Positions 1 to 9,963 are shown, counted from the stretch's first letter. The stretch: 59,158 nt of DNA from a virus (IMGVR_UViG_3300035683_000206:1-59158); one strand, 5' to 3'. The notes: a model not told the origin generated them from the letters alone. Translations and numbers: made by a program.

Positions 1-864
1 GTGAGCGCGCCCGCCGTGCCGCGGCCGCGAGGCGAGGTCCTGGTGGTGGACTTCTCCAACTTGGCCGCGCGCGCCTGGTTCACGCTGCGAGACCCTTCGC
101 TGGAGAAGCTTCCGCGCAAGGTGAGCACAATGCTCACCGCCGCGGTCCGCCGGTGGTCGCCGGCGCACCTGATCCTCGCGCTTGATGCGCCGCGGTCGTT
201 CCGGCATGACCTGATCCCCCACTACAAGGCGGAGCGCGCCGGGCGCGACCGCCCGTCCACCGAGGCGATGACGGGCGCGCTCCGCCCGTACTTCGCCCGC
301 TGGGGGGTGGCCACGCGCGAGGCGGTGGGGATGGAGGCCGACGACGTGGTCGCCGCAGTGGTGGCGAGCGCGCGCGCCAACCAGGTGCCGGCGGCGATCC
401 TGAGCCGTGATACGGACCTTCTCCAGCTGGTCGATGATGCCGCCATGGTGCGCGTGCTGTGGCCGAGTGGCGGGAAGGAGGGGGAGCAGCCGATGGGTGA
501 GGCCGCCGTGGTGGGGTACGTCGGCGTGCCGCCTGGCAAGCTGCTGGACCTGCGGACCATGGTCGGTGGAAAGGACAACCTTCCGCGCATCGAGGTCCGC
601 GCGGGCAAGCCGCCGTACGGCTTCACTGAGCGGCGCGCGGTGCAGCTGCTGGGGGAGCAGGGCGCCACGCTCGATGCGCTCTACGGCGAGATGAGCTGGC
701 TGCTCACCCACAAGGAGACGGCTTGGATGGCCGCCTGCCGCGAGGAGGCTCTTGCGCGCCGGGAGGCGCTTCGGCTGCGCGACAGCTTCACGCCGATCGC
801 GACCGGTGCAACCGCGGTGGTTCGCCTCCAACTCGCCGGGGTGCCGGCTGCGAGGCCGTCATGA
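1..864 (+). CDS. 5'-3' exonuclease / flap endonuclease (PolA N-terminal-like)
   Basis: Motifs LVVDFSNL, ALDA..SFRH....YKAER, GMEADDV, SRDTDLLQL, GGKDNLP. Confidence 0.92.
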   Translation: MSAPAVPRPRGEVLVVDFSNLAARAWFTLRDPSLEKLPRKVSTMLTAAVRRWSPAHLILALDAPRSFRHDLIPHYKAERAGRDRPSTEAMTGALRPYFARWGVATREAVGMEADDVVAAVVASARANQVPAAILSRDTDLLQLVDDAAMVRVLWPSGGKEGEQPMGEAAVVGYVGVPPGKLLDLRTMVGGKDNLPRIEVRAGKPPYGFTERRAVQLLGEQGATLDALYGEMSWLLTHKETAWMAACREEALARREALRLRDSFTPIATGATAVVRLQLAGVPAARPS

Positions 865-1007
865 GAGCCTACGCCCGGGAGACGCACACCTGTTCCACCT
901 GCGCCCGGTGCAGGCGGCCGCGGGGCGAGCTCGAGGCCGTGGGTGATGTGTGCCTGGCCTGCTATCTCTGGCTCCAGCCGACCCCGGCCGCGGAGGTGGC
1001 GGCTTGA
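861..1007 (+). CDS. Small Cys-rich hypothetical protein
   Basis: ATGA overlap with the upstream stop and TTGA overlap with the next gene; CxxC pairs. Confidence 0.55.
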   Translation: MRAYARETHTCSTCARCRRPRGELEAVGDVCLACYLWLQPTPAAEVAA

Positions 1008-1873
1008 GCGCGGCCAGCCTGGCCATCGTGTCGCGACCCGCCCTCCGGGCCCACGGCGCGAAGTGGACGGACGCGCCTCGAATCATCGCCGAGCTGGGCC
1101 CGCACGACCGGTACATCGAACCGTTCTGCTACTCGGCTGCCGTCCTGTTCCGAAAGCCCCGCTCTCGCCGCGAGGTGATTGGGGACGTAAACGGCCAGGT
1201 GACGAACGTCTTTCGGGTGCTGCGCAACCGCTCCGCCGCCGCCGAGTTGCGGCGGCTGCTGGAGCTCACGCCCTATTCGGAGGAGGAGTTCAGGGCGGCG
1301 CGCGAGCCGCACGGGGACCAGGTGGAGCAGGCAAGACGGACGCTCGTTCGCTCATTCATGGCCTCGCGTCGGAACATGGCGCCTTCCGCGGGCTTCCGCT
1401 TCAGCGGCTCCAACACCTGCCCAAGCCGGCAGTGGGCCAACCTGCCGGCCTGCGTCGAGGAGTTCACGAGGCGTCTGCAGGGCGTGGTGATTCACACCCG
1501 CCCCGCCGTCGACGTGATCGTCCGCCACGACCGACCGGACGGCGCGATCTACGCCGATCCCCCGTACCCGCACAGCACGCGCAGCGGGATCCGGTGGCCC
1601 GCCGAGGGGCAAAAGTATTACGGCGCCGAGATGAGCGACGACGACCACCGCGCACTCGCGAAGGCGCTGCGCGCGTGCCGCGGCCGCGTGGTCATCAGCG
1701 GACACCCCTGCGAGCTCTACGACGTCGAGCTCTACCCCGACTGGCGCCGCGTGCAGTGGACGTCCTCGCGCAGCGATGCGGAGGAGCCCCGCACCGAGGT
1801 GATCTGGATCAACGGCCCTCCGCCAACACCGCCACGCCGGCCGCAGCTCTCTCTGCTGGAGGTGGACGGTTGA
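1004..1873 (+). CDS. dam: DNA adenine methyltransferase (Dam/D12 class), orphan
   Basis: GAK near the N-terminus, YIEPF (motif I variant), EVIGDVN, YADPPY catalytic motif; TTG start coupled to the upstream stop. Confidence 0.9.
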   Translation: MSAASLAIVSRPALRAHGAKWTDAPRIIAELGPHDRYIEPFCYSAAVLFRKPRSRREVIGDVNGQVTNVFRVLRNRSAAAELRRLLELTPYSEEEFRAAREPHGDQVEQARRTLVRSFMASRRNMAPSAGFRFSGSNTCPSRQWANLPACVEEFTRRLQGVVIHTRPAVDVIVRHDRPDGAIYADPPYPHSTRSGIRWPAEGQKYYGAEMSDDDHRALAKALRACRGRVVISGHPCELYDVELYPDWRRVQWTSSRSDAEEPRTEVIWINGPPPTPPRRPQLSLLEVDG

Positions 1874-2430
1874 GCGCCCAGGGCGAGCTCCCGCTCGCGG
1901 GCGCCCCGGCGGAGCGCTTCCCCCGCCTCTCGCGCACCCTACGGTTCCCGCCGCGCCTGGACCGCTGCCAGAACTGTGGCCGCCTCGCCGACGTGGGACC
2001 GGACAGCGAGGGCTACGACCACACCGTCGACGGTGTCGCCGTCCCGGTGCTGGAGCGCTGGCGGGAGCACGACGACCAGGACCAGCCCGAGCCCATCGTC
2101 ATCGTCCTCTGCACCCTGTGCAGCTCGCGCATCATCGAGCCGCACCCCCGCCTGTATTCGCAGCTTGAGGTGTGGGCGCCCCTCCCCGGGGCCATGGGGA
2201 TCTGCATCGGCTGCGTCCACCAGGACGCCGAGCGGGGGCTGCGCTGCACCCATCCCTCGATGCGCCCCACCGCGCCCGAGCTCTTCTGTGCCGTGATGCT
2301 CACGATGCCGGCGCCGATGCGCTTCCACTGGAGCGGCCGCGGTGCCGGGGGGCGGCGCACCGGCGGCTGGGCGACCCACTACACCGGGCCAGTCACCGAC
2401 TGCGCCGGCCGCGCCGGGGTCGCACCATGA
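1870..2430 (+). CDS. Zn-finger hypothetical protein
   Basis: Coupled at both ends; CQNC, CTLC, CIGC. Confidence 0.65.
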   Translation: MSAQGELPLAGAPAERFPRLSRTLRFPPRLDRCQNCGRLADVGPDSEGYDHTVDGVAVPVLERWREHDDQDQPEPIVIVLCTLCSSRIIEPHPRLYSQLEVWAPLPGAMGICIGCVHQDAERGLRCTHPSMRPTAPELFCAVMLTMPAPMRFHWSGRGAGGRRTGGWATHYTGPVTDCAGRAGVAP

Positions 2431-4214
2431 AAGCCGCGCGGGGGCTCCGCCTCGGGATCGCCGGCGGGAAGCCGTTCACGCTGCCGCCGGCGATCGGCAC
2501 GGAGGCGCTGGCCATCGTGGGCGTCCGCGGTGCCGGGAAGACAGTCACCGGCAAGGTGCTGGTGGAGGAGCTGCTGCAGCGCCGGCAGCAGGTGGTGATC
2601 CTGGACCCCACCGACGTCTGGTGGGGCCTCAAGTCTTCAGCGGACGGGACGGCGCCCGGCTTCTCCGTGGTGATCCTGGGCGGGCCACACGGGGACCTCC
2701 CCCTCGCCGCAGGCGCCGGCGCCGCGGTGGCGCGCTTCGCAGTGGAGCGCGGGGCGTCGCTGATCCTCTCCGTCCGCCACATGAGAAAGGGGGAGCAGCG
2801 CGCCTTCGCCACCGCATTCCTCGAGGAGCTCTACCACCTGAAGGGGAAGCCCGAGCACCGGACGTCTCTGACGCTGGTGATCGACGAGGCGTCGCAGTTC
2901 GTCCCGCAACGGGTGGGCGGGGCGGAGGCGCGGCTCGTCGGCGCCGCGCAGGACTGCGTCCGTCTCGGCAGGTCCTCGGGGCTCGGGGTGGTGCTGATCG
3001 ACGCGCGCCCGGCCAGCGTGAACAAGGACGTCCTCAGCGCGGTCGAGATCCTGGTGACTCACCGCATCACCGGGCCCCACGACCGCAGGGCGCTCGACGA
3101 CTGGGTGAAGCAGCAAGACACCCGCGGCCACCGGGACCGCTTCCTCGCGGACCTGCCCTCCCTCCCCGCCGGCGTCGCGTGGTGGTGGCGCCCGTCGGCG
3201 GACCTGTTCCAGCGTGTGGAGGTGCGGCCGCTCGGGACGTTCGACTCCTCCCGGACCCCGGAGCCGGGCGAGGCGCCGTCGCTGCCCCGGACGGCCGCCG
3301 CGGTGGACCTAGCGAAGCTGGGGGCCGAGCTCGCGGAGGCCGTCGCTTCGGCCGAGGCGTCCGACCCCCGCCCCCTCCAGGAGCGGGTCCGCGAGCTGGA
3401 GGAGGAGCTCCGCGCTGTGCGTGCGCTGCCGGCGGCCGATGTCGCGGCCACTGCACGAGCCGCGGCCACCGCGCGCGCTGACCTGGTGGAGATCGTCGAG
3501 GCCGCCGTTGGGATGGTGGTGCGCAGGCTTGAGAACCTGGAGGCCGGCGCCGCCGCGGCAACGAGGGAGCTGCAGTCCGCTCTCCGGGACATCCAGGAGC
3601 ATGCGGGAGGGGAGCGGGGTGTGGGGGATCCTGGTGGCTCTCCACGCACCACCAGCATTCAGCCAGCAGAGCCGCGGGTTTCTGATCCTGCTGGAGAGGG
3701 GAGCGCCACCAGCCCGGCGGGCACGCTTACGCAGGCGCAGCAGCGGATCCTGGACGCGATCGCCACCCTGGAGGCCCTGGGGATCCCGGAGCCCACGAAC
3801 GAAGCCGTGGGCGCGATCGCCGCCATGAAGGTCCGCGGGGGCTACTTCAAGAACCTGCGCGGCGCGCTCAGCAGCGCCGGGATGATCCGCTACCCGTCCA
3901 GCAACAGGCTCGCCCTCACCGCGGCGGGCCGGGCGCTCGCGCGCCCGCGCGCCGACATCCGGACCCGGGCGGACTTACACCGGGCGTGGATGGACCTGCT
4001 CTCCGCTCCGGAGCAGCGGGTGATGCGGCCGCTGCTCCAGGTGTACCCGCGCGCCCTCGCGAATGAGGACCTCGCCGCGGCCGCGGGGATGGAGGCGGAC
4101 GGGGGCTACTACAAGAACATGCGGGGCAAGCTGAGCACGCTGGGGGCCCTCCACTACCCGCAGCGGGGCTGGGTGGCGGCGACGGACCTGTGGTTCCCGA
4201 AGGGGCTGGCGTGA
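2427..4214 (+). CDS. HerA/FtsK-superfamily ATPase (DUF87-like) with two C-terminal winged-helix-like repeats
   Basis: Walker A GVRGAGKT, ILDPTD, Walker B LVIDEA, GRSSG; coiled coil; duplicated GGY[FY]KN.RG.LS..G...YP. Confidence 0.85.
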   Translation: MKAARGLRLGIAGGKPFTLPPAIGTEALAIVGVRGAGKTVTGKVLVEELLQRRQQVVILDPTDVWWGLKSSADGTAPGFSVVILGGPHGDLPLAAGAGAAVARFAVERGASLILSVRHMRKGEQRAFATAFLEELYHLKGKPEHRTSLTLVIDEASQFVPQRVGGAEARLVGAAQDCVRLGRSSGLGVVLIDARPASVNKDVLSAVEILVTHRITGPHDRRALDDWVKQQDTRGHRDRFLADLPSLPAGVAWWWRPSADLFQRVEVRPLGTFDSSRTPEPGEAPSLPRTAAAVDLAKLGAELAEAVASAEASDPRPLQERVRELEEELRAVRALPAADVAATARAAATARADLVEIVEAAVGMVVRRLENLEAGAAAATRELQSALRDIQEHAGGERGVGDPGGSPRTTSIQPAEPRVSDPAGEGSATSPAGTLTQAQQRILDAIATLEALGIPEPTNEAVGAIAAMKVRGGYFKNLRGALSSAGMIRYPSSNRLALTAAGRALARPRADIRTRADLHRAWMDLLSAPEQRVMRPLLQVYPRALANEDLAAAAGMEADGGYYKNMRGKLSTLGALHYPQRGWVAATDLWFPKGLA

Positions 4215-4239
4215 CGCGATCTCAACCGATGGACCCGGG

Positions 4240-5295
4240 GTGGTGGGCGTGAGCAGCGAAGAGACTCAGGCCGAACGAGTGCGGGTGGACGTCTTCCTTT
4301 GGCGGCGCGCGTTCATGTCGCGCCTGGGCCCCCATGCGACGTGCAGGGCGGTCCTGAACGGGCTCGCGCTGCACATGGATGACAAGGGCGCGAGCTGCTT
4401 CCCGAGCACGAAGCTGCTGGAGGAGGAGACCGGGCTAAGCGAGCGGACGGTCTGCACCCACCTCGAGGCGGCGGACCGCGACGGCTGGGTGGATCGGAGC
4501 GAGTGCGGCATGAGCGGCCAGAAGTGGAGCCGCCACCAGTACAAGGCGACGCTGCCCCGCGCCGTGCTCGATCAGCTCGCCACCCCCGTGGAGCGCGCCC
4601 AGGAGGAGCTGTTCGACGATCGTCCAACCGGGCAAGGCACTGAAAGAGGTTCAGTGCCTCGGGGCGAAGGCACTGAACCTCTTTCCATGAAGGCACTGAA
4701 GGAGGTTCAGTCTAACTCTACAGGTAACTCTACAGGTACCTGCAACGCTTCACCTGCAGGTTCGGTTGCTAACGCAACCGGCGCGGGGCGCCGTGTGGAA
4801 AAATCTACGACCCCTGCGAACGGCGAACGGCGGGACCGCTCCGCCCTGCCGCCACCGTCCTCGGCCCCGGCCTCCGACTGGACCAACTCCCGCCTGATGG
4901 GGCTCGTGCGGGATCACCTGTACACTCCCGACCGGAAGGCGCCCGCCGGCTACGACGATGGCCGGGACATGGGGATCATCCAGGATCTCCAGCAGTACGC
5001 GAAGTACTCCCGCGGCCGCATCGCGAACGCCATCCAGGGCCTGGCGCTGCTGCGCGATCAAGGCCAGCTGCGGAACGCGCAGGGGGAGGTCGTCCCTCGC
5101 GGGACCAAGCTCACCATGCGCTACCTGTACCACACGGAGTTGGGGGTGCGGGACCTGTTCGGCCTGGCCGAAGACACGTTCCTGGCCACGCTCCAGGCGC
5201 CCCGCGAGCCCCCCGGCGGGAAGCCCCGCGGGCTCGCACTGGTCGGGGAGGCGTTCGCCAAGGCGCTGCCGGGCTTCCCCCTGGAGCCCCCGTAG
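4240..5295 (+). CDS. Phage replication initiator (N-terminal HTH)
   Basis: CFPSTKLLEEETGLSERTVCTHL...GWV HTH typical of phage O-like initiators; internal repeats. Confidence 0.8.
   Translation: MVGVSSEETQAERVRVDVFLWRRAFMSRLGPHATCRAVLNGLALHMDDKGASCFPSTKLLEEETGLSERTVCTHLEAADRDGWVDRSECGMSGQKWSRHQYKATLPRAVLDQLATPVERAQEELFDDRPTGQGTERGSVPRGEGTEPLSMKALKEVQSNSTGNSTGTCNASPAGSVANATGAGRRVEKSTTPANGERRDRSALPPPSSAPASDWTNSRLMGLVRDHLYTPDRKAPAGYDDGRDMGIIQDLQQYAKYSRGRIANAIQGLALLRDQGQLRNAQGEVVPRGTKLTMRYLYHTELGVRDLFGLAEDTFLATLQAPREPPGGKPRGLALVGEAFAKALPGFPLEPP
4634..4736. repeat. Iteron cluster / putative replication origin inside the initiator gene
   Basis: AAGGCACTGAA at 4634, 4667 and 4690, inverted copy TTCAGTGCCT at 4650, then TAACTCTACAGG x2 (4713-4736); locally AT-richer. 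Confidence 0.75.
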
Positions 5296-5381
5296 CGATC
5301 GGGCGGGTCATCACCTTGGGGATTTACTCGAGTATTCGCCGGCGGCCTCGCGGCTGCCCATCCTCACCGACTGGAGACACC

Positions 5382-5924
5382 ATGGATTCCGCAACCGCCG
5401 CCATCGAGATCGACCGCCACCTCCCCGAGCTGCCCACCCCCCGGGAGTCCGGGTCCAGACTGTGGCTGGAGGTGCCAGAGGCCGAGCCGCAGCCCGCCGG
5501 CACCGCCACCGCGGCGGACGACCGCGTCTACGTCGCGCACTTCTACGCCCGGGAGCCGCGCCCCTGGCTCTATGCGGGGTCGTTCGCGACCCCGTTCTCC
5601 GACTTCACGGAAGCGCTCCGCAGCGTCGAGCTGCAGCTCCCGTTCGTCATCGGCGAGGAGGAGCGCGCCAACATCCAGGAGATGTCCCTGCGCCTGGAAC
5701 GCATGGAGAGCCCGACCCGGGTCCTGGCGCTCCACCCCGACGACTGCGCCCGGTACCTCGCCTGGCTGGAGCAGGTGATCACCCGGGTGCGCCTGGCGCG
5801 CGAGTGCACCGAGCTGGAGGCCAGGGCGTACGTGGCCGGGTCGCCCGAGCGGTGGTGGACGCTCCGGCTCCTGGGCTACTCCGCCAGGGGCGCGGTCGCC
5901 CACGACCTGAGCCGCGTTGACTGA
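5382..5924 (+). CDS. Hypothetical protein
   Basis: GGAG before ATG; high-GC3 codon usage. Confidence 0.7.
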   Translation: MDSATAAIEIDRHLPELPTPRESGSRLWLEVPEAEPQPAGTATAADDRVYVAHFYAREPRPWLYAGSFATPFSDFTEALRSVELQLPFVIGEEERANIQEMSLRLERMESPTRVLALHPDDCARYLAWLEQVITRVRLARECTELEARAYVAGSPERWWTLRLLGYSARGAVAHDLSRVD

Positions 5925-6137
5925 CCGCGATCCTCGCGGGAGGTGCGGCCGCACCTCCCGCGCAATCACCCGCTGCCAAGGAGTCCCGATGCCCGTGTAC
6001 GGAAAGCCCTGGATCCCCGCCGTCCCCCGCACCGCCGGCCCAGCTCCCCGAGAACCCCGGGAGCGTGCCCGGCCTGCGGCCTCCCGTCGTGCGCTCACGG
6101 TTCGCTCCCGTCGCGGCCGCGGCCGCCGGAGGGCCCC

Positions 6138-6476
6138 GTGACGCGCCGGCTGATCCTGCCGGTGCTGCTCGCCTTCGGCGCCGCCTACCTGATCGCCGGC
6201 GTGCTGCCCGGGCTCGCCGTGGCCGCGCTGCTGGTGCTGGGGCGCTGGCTGGACGCCGGACTGCTGCGCCTGGAGCAGGAGCGGGCGAGCACCCGCCACG
6301 CTGCGCTGCTGGAGGCGCTGGGTGCCCTGGACCAGGCGGCCGAAGCGCTCGCCGGCAGTCCGCTGCCGCGCAGCCGCCTCGCTCTTGCGCGAACCCGGCG
6401 TGTGGCGGCCGCGCTGCGTGCGGCGCTGGGGATGCGCGCCGGCGCCGACACCCCGCACCAGACGGAGGCCCGGTGA
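6138..6476 (+). CDS. Hypothetical membrane protein
   Basis: Two N-terminal hydrophobic segments; GTGA coupling. Confidence 0.65.
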   Translation: MTRRLILPVLLAFGAAYLIAGVLPGLAVAALLVLGRWLDAGLLRLEQERASTRHAALLEALGALDQAAEALAGSPLPRSRLALARTRRVAAALRAALGMRAGADTPHQTEAR

Positions 6477-6934
6477 CCGAAGAGACACTGATCGAGCACC
6501 TCGCGCAGCGGGACCACGCCCGCGCCGTCGCGGTGGTGGACGCGAACGCCCTTGGCCGCATCCCGGTCTACACGCCGGATGGGCCGGTGCTGCTGGTGGC
6601 GAACTGGGAGGAGCAGCAGGGCAAGGAGGAGTTCCGGGCGACGGGCCGCATGGTCCTGGAGGAGCTGGGGAGGCTGGGGCTGCACCCGCTGCGGGTGCCG
6701 TCCGTCTCGATGCAGGAGCTCTGCGACGCGGGCTTCAACTGCTTCGCGGTCAAGCTGCTGGTGGAGTCGTTCCGGCGGTTTCCCGACCATCACGCGCAGG
6801 GGATCGCGTTCGAGATCGGCGGGGTGCGGGTCGCGCTCACGCCGGCCGCCGAGCGGCAGACCGAGATCGAGGACTCGGTGACGCTCCGGCTCGCAGTCAC
6901 GCCGCCCGCTGGAGAGGGGGTGGGCAATGCCTGA
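6473..6934 (+). CDS. Hypothetical protein
   Basis: GGAGG RBS, GTGA coupling, codon usage. Confidence 0.7.
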   Translation: MTEETLIEHLAQRDHARAVAVVDANALGRIPVYTPDGPVLLVANWEEQQGKEEFRATGRMVLEELGRLGLHPLRVPSVSMQELCDAGFNCFAVKLLVESFRRFPDHHAQGIAFEIGGVRVALTPAAERQTEIEDSVTLRLAVTPPAGEGVGNA

Positions 6935-7898
6935 CCCGTCGACGCGGACGTTCGAGCTGGGCCGGATGTCGCCAGCGCGGTGGCAGGAGCTGAACGACCG
7001 GTGGCACGGGGGGAGCCGGATCACCGACAACCAGGTGGGCGAGCTGCTCTCCGCCGTGCTCGCGGTGGATCCCCGGGTCGCTGGGTTGGATGATCTGGAG
7101 TGCGTCTCCGTGTCGAAGCCGAAGTGCGCGTGCGGCACGCCCGTCCATGTGGGGTACGTCGGCTGCTACAAGCCCGGGTGCGGCCGATCGTACACGACCC
7201 AGCAGCTGCAGGCGGCCACCCTGTTCCACCTGGCGGCACGACTCCGCGACTTCGGAGAGATCGACGCCACCACCGCGATCTGGGGCGCCCGCCATCTTCA
7301 CCTTGTGCCCGGCTGGGTCCACAAGACGCTGCTGCGGGCGACCGGGGCAAAGATCGACGATGACTTCACATGGTGGCTTCCGTGGCCGGGGCGGCGGGGC
7401 AAAGCGGAGTGGGTCACCGCGGAGGAGTGGCGCGACCGCGCCGAGAGCCTGGAGGCCGAGAACGCCTATGTCCGCGAGGTCCTCCAGGAGCACCACCGCT
7501 GGCACGACCAGCCCGGGCTGATGCTCGTGCTCGGGGAGGCCGGCGAGTTCGACGCATCGCTTGAGTACGCAGACAGCTCGATGTGCGAGCGCACCATGGC
7601 GGCACTGGATCCCGTCATTGCCACGGAGCGGGGGCGAGAGCTGTTGCGGCCGAAGCGCCTGCCCACCGTCGAGGAAGTGCGCGGGATCCGGAAGGGCACC
7701 GGCGCGGACCCCGCGGCCGTCACGACGGCGCCGGCCGTCTGCGGAACGTGCGAGGCCGAGTGCTGGGTACCGGTTGTGGCTGATCCGCAGGGCGGCCGCT
7801 TCACCGCGGAGGGGCTGGCAATGCTCGCGGCCGAGGGGTGGGTGCACGACGGCATCAGCTGGTGCTGCCCGGCGCACGCGCAGCCGTCGCCGTCGTGA
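6927..7898 (+). CDS. Hypothetical protein with Zn-finger motifs
   Basis: RBS; CACG...CYKPGC and CGTC...WCCPAH. Confidence 0.7.
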   Translation: MPDPSTRTFELGRMSPARWQELNDRWHGGSRITDNQVGELLSAVLAVDPRVAGLDDLECVSVSKPKCACGTPVHVGYVGCYKPGCGRSYTTQQLQAATLFHLAARLRDFGEIDATTAIWGARHLHLVPGWVHKTLLRATGAKIDDDFTWWLPWPGRRGKAEWVTAEEWRDRAESLEAENAYVREVLQEHHRWHDQPGLMLVLGEAGEFDASLEYADSSMCERTMAALDPVIATERGRELLRPKRLPTVEEVRGIRKGTGADPAAVTTAPAVCGTCEAECWVPVVADPQGGRFTAEGLAMLAAEGWVHDGISWCCPAHAQPSPS

Positions 7899-8104
7899 GC
7901 CGACGCCGCGGCGCCCGCCGGCCGCTCGTGCGCCTCAAGCCGCGGGAGGGCAGCTCCGAGCACTGGACCACGCCCTCAGGCGCGGTGATCGCCATGCGCC
8001 GCGGCGAGGGCCCACCCAGCGCGGAGCTGGTAGCGGCCGTAGAGGAGACAGTGCGGCTGTTGGCCGCCTTGGACAGCGGCCACCCTCTTGCGCGCGAAAC
8101 TTGA
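7895..8104 (+). CDS. Small hypothetical protein
   Basis: GTGA coupling; last gene before a promoter. Confidence 0.5.
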   Translation: MSRRRGARRPLVRLKPREGSSEHWTTPSGAVIAMRRGEGPPSAELVAAVEETVRLLAALDSGHPLARET

Positions 8105-8129
8105 CGCAAACATGCGGGGTACATAGCTT
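8101..8129 (+). promoter_or_regulatory. Sigma70-like promoter upstream of the packaging genes
   Basis: TTGACG-N17-TAGCTT. Confidence 0.6.
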
Positions 8130-8160
8130 ACCGAACACGGACCGAATTCTCGACAGCCAT

Positions 8161-8198
8161 GACGGCTCGCGCCCCCGCCGGGGGCTGCGGGCCTTTTT
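8161..8198 (+). terminator. Leader hairpin plus T-tract (repeat family 2)
   Basis: GACGGCTCGC..CCCCCGCCGGGGG.TGCGGGCCTTTTT; similar to the copies at 15075 and 39684. Confidence 0.6.
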
Positions 8199-8228
8199 GC
8201 ATCCCCCACCCATCCACCCGGTGCCCCG

Positions 8229-8698
8229 TGCAGCCCAATTTCTGGCAGAACATGTTGGATCGGCAGCCGATCGTGTGCCCCAAGCCGGGCTGCAACTGGG
8301 TCCAGCGCCGCGTGGCGGTCGCATTGGCGAGCCCGAGCTTCGGCGGATACATCCTCACCTGGCACACATGCGAACGCACGAAAGGGTGCGGCGCTCGCAT
8401 GGCGGTCGGGTTCTTCGCGCCCCTCGGGTGGCCGTTCAATCTCCACTACGTCGGTGCTGAGTATCTCCGTGACTCCAGCGAGGAGACGGTGCGCGCGGCC
8501 CTCGCGCACCTCGGCGCGCGCCACGCCGGCGCGCGCGGCGTGCTGCTGAGGGATGAGATCGACCTCTTCGCCGTGTCCTGGCGCCTGCAAGGCGTGATCG
8601 ACCCGGAGCCGGTGTCGCATCACGCGCCGGCGTCGGGGCTGGCCAGTACCCGTAGGCGCTTGGTTGCCCGCCCGCCGGGCCGCAGCGCCGCGGCGTGA
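8229..8698 (+). CDS. Zn-finger hypothetical protein (start uncertain)
   Basis: CPKPGC...HTC...GC; ORF follows the leader hairpin. Confidence 0.55.
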
Positions 8699-8824
8699 TG
8701 CGCGAGATCCTGGACCGCTGACGCCGGCTCCCCTGCTACTGCGGTTTCGGTCTCCTACGCCCCACGTTTGGGTGTCGCGGCCGCCTGACGCCTCGGCCCC
8801 TCCCGCCTCTCCCACCTCGGTTCC

Positions 8825-9502
8825 ATGGTCGCCCTCGCGGCCGACATCGGCCACCTCACCCGCCCCCGCCCGCCGGAGGAGCTGCGCGACGCGCTGCGGC
8901 TCCCCGAGATCTTCGCGCCCGCCCCGGAGCTCGACGCGTGGGCGCGGGCGGCATTTCTGACGCGTGGCGCCCCGCTCTACAACAAGGACCACGAGCACCT
9001 GCTGTGGGCGAAGATCGGGTGGCTGTGGACCAACGTCGAGAACAAGAGCAGGAGCTACGACGCGAAAGGCCTCCGGCGCCTCGTCGGCGCCTCGGCCTGG
9101 TTCGTCAACCTGAAGGGCTCGCCCTGGACGAAGGGGATGGCGCAGTACCAGCTGGTGCAGTGGTTCAGGCAGGTGCCGGACTTCGTGATCACCGTGGATG
9201 CCGTGCTGGCCACGCGGGTGGGCGACCTGTCGTGGTGCGGCCTGATCGAGCACGAGCTCTACCACTGCGGCCAGGCGCGCGACCGGTGGGGGGCGCCGCG
9301 GTTCACGAAGAAGACGGGGCTCCCGGTCTTCTGCGCGCGCGGGCACGGCGCGGAGGAGCACCCGGAGGTGGTGCGCAGGTACGGCCTCGGCGCGGCAGCG
9401 GCCGGCGTGCGTGACCTCGTCGCGGCCGCGCTCCAGGAGCCCGAGGTCGGCGCGGCCGATGTCTCGCTCGCGTGCGGCACCTGCGACTGCAAGGTGGCTT
9501 GA
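8825..9502 (+). CDS. Putative phage metallopeptidase
   Basis: LIEHELYHCG (HExxH), QWF..VPDFVIT, H..EE...VVRRYG; usual position next to terminase. Confidence 0.85.
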   Translation: MVALAADIGHLTRPRPPEELRDALRLPEIFAPAPELDAWARAAFLTRGAPLYNKDHEHLLWAKIGWLWTNVENKSRSYDAKGLRRLVGASAWFVNLKGSPWTKGMAQYQLVQWFRQVPDFVITVDAVLATRVGDLSWCGLIEHELYHCGQARDRWGAPRFTKKTGLPVFCARGHGAEEHPEVVRRYGLGAAAAGVRDLVAAALQEPEVGAADVSLACGTCDCKVA

Positions 9503-9951
9503 TGGCGGCCGAAAAAACTGCCGGTCAGGAGGAGCCGGCGCCGCGGCCGAAGCACTGGGACAACATGGTGCGGGCCGCCATGATGCGCGTGCTCGGCGCC
9601 ACCCAGAAGGAAGCGGCAGAAGCGGCAGGCCGCTCCGAGCGCACCGTTCGCGACTGGGAGGGCTCGCCGCTGTGGCGGGAGGCGCTCGTCGAGGTGGAAG
9701 GGCTCTGGCTCCAGGACCTGAAATTTGCGGCCATGGGCACCGTGCTCCGCAACGCGGCAGTGAACCCCATGCTCGGGTGGGACGTCCTCCAGCGCCTCGT
9801 CCCGGCCCTCGCACCTCCCCGCCTCCGGCACGAGCACACGGGCAAGAACGGTGGGCCCATCCAGACCGAGAGCCGCTTCGCCGAAGTCCCGGACGCCGAT
9901 CTCTTCCGCGGCCGCGACGAGGCGCTCGCGAGCGCACTCGGCGTCGGCTGA
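9502..9951 (+). CDS. terS: Terminase small subunit
   Basis: HTH (TQKEAAEAAGRSERTVRDW), C-terminal EHTGKNGGPI; directly upstream of TerL. Confidence 0.8.
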   Translation: MAAEKTAGQEEPAPRPKHWDNMVRAAMMRVLGATQKEAAEAAGRSERTVRDWEGSPLWREALVEVEGLWLQDLKFAAMGTVLRNAAVNPMLGWDVLQRLVPALAPPRLRHEHTGKNGGPIQTESRFAEVPDADLFRGRDEALASALGVG

Positions 9952-9963
9952 GGCGCCGGCCCG

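Noticed and set aside
1004-4214. Restriction-modification or HerA-Sir2/NurA defence system
   Set aside because: No cognate nuclease or Sir2; the genes are embedded in the coupled replication operon
5917-6141. 74-aa ORF between hypotheticals
   Set aside because: Fills the gap and is coupled downstream, but is Arg/Pro-rich with an ambiguous frame; not enough support to call
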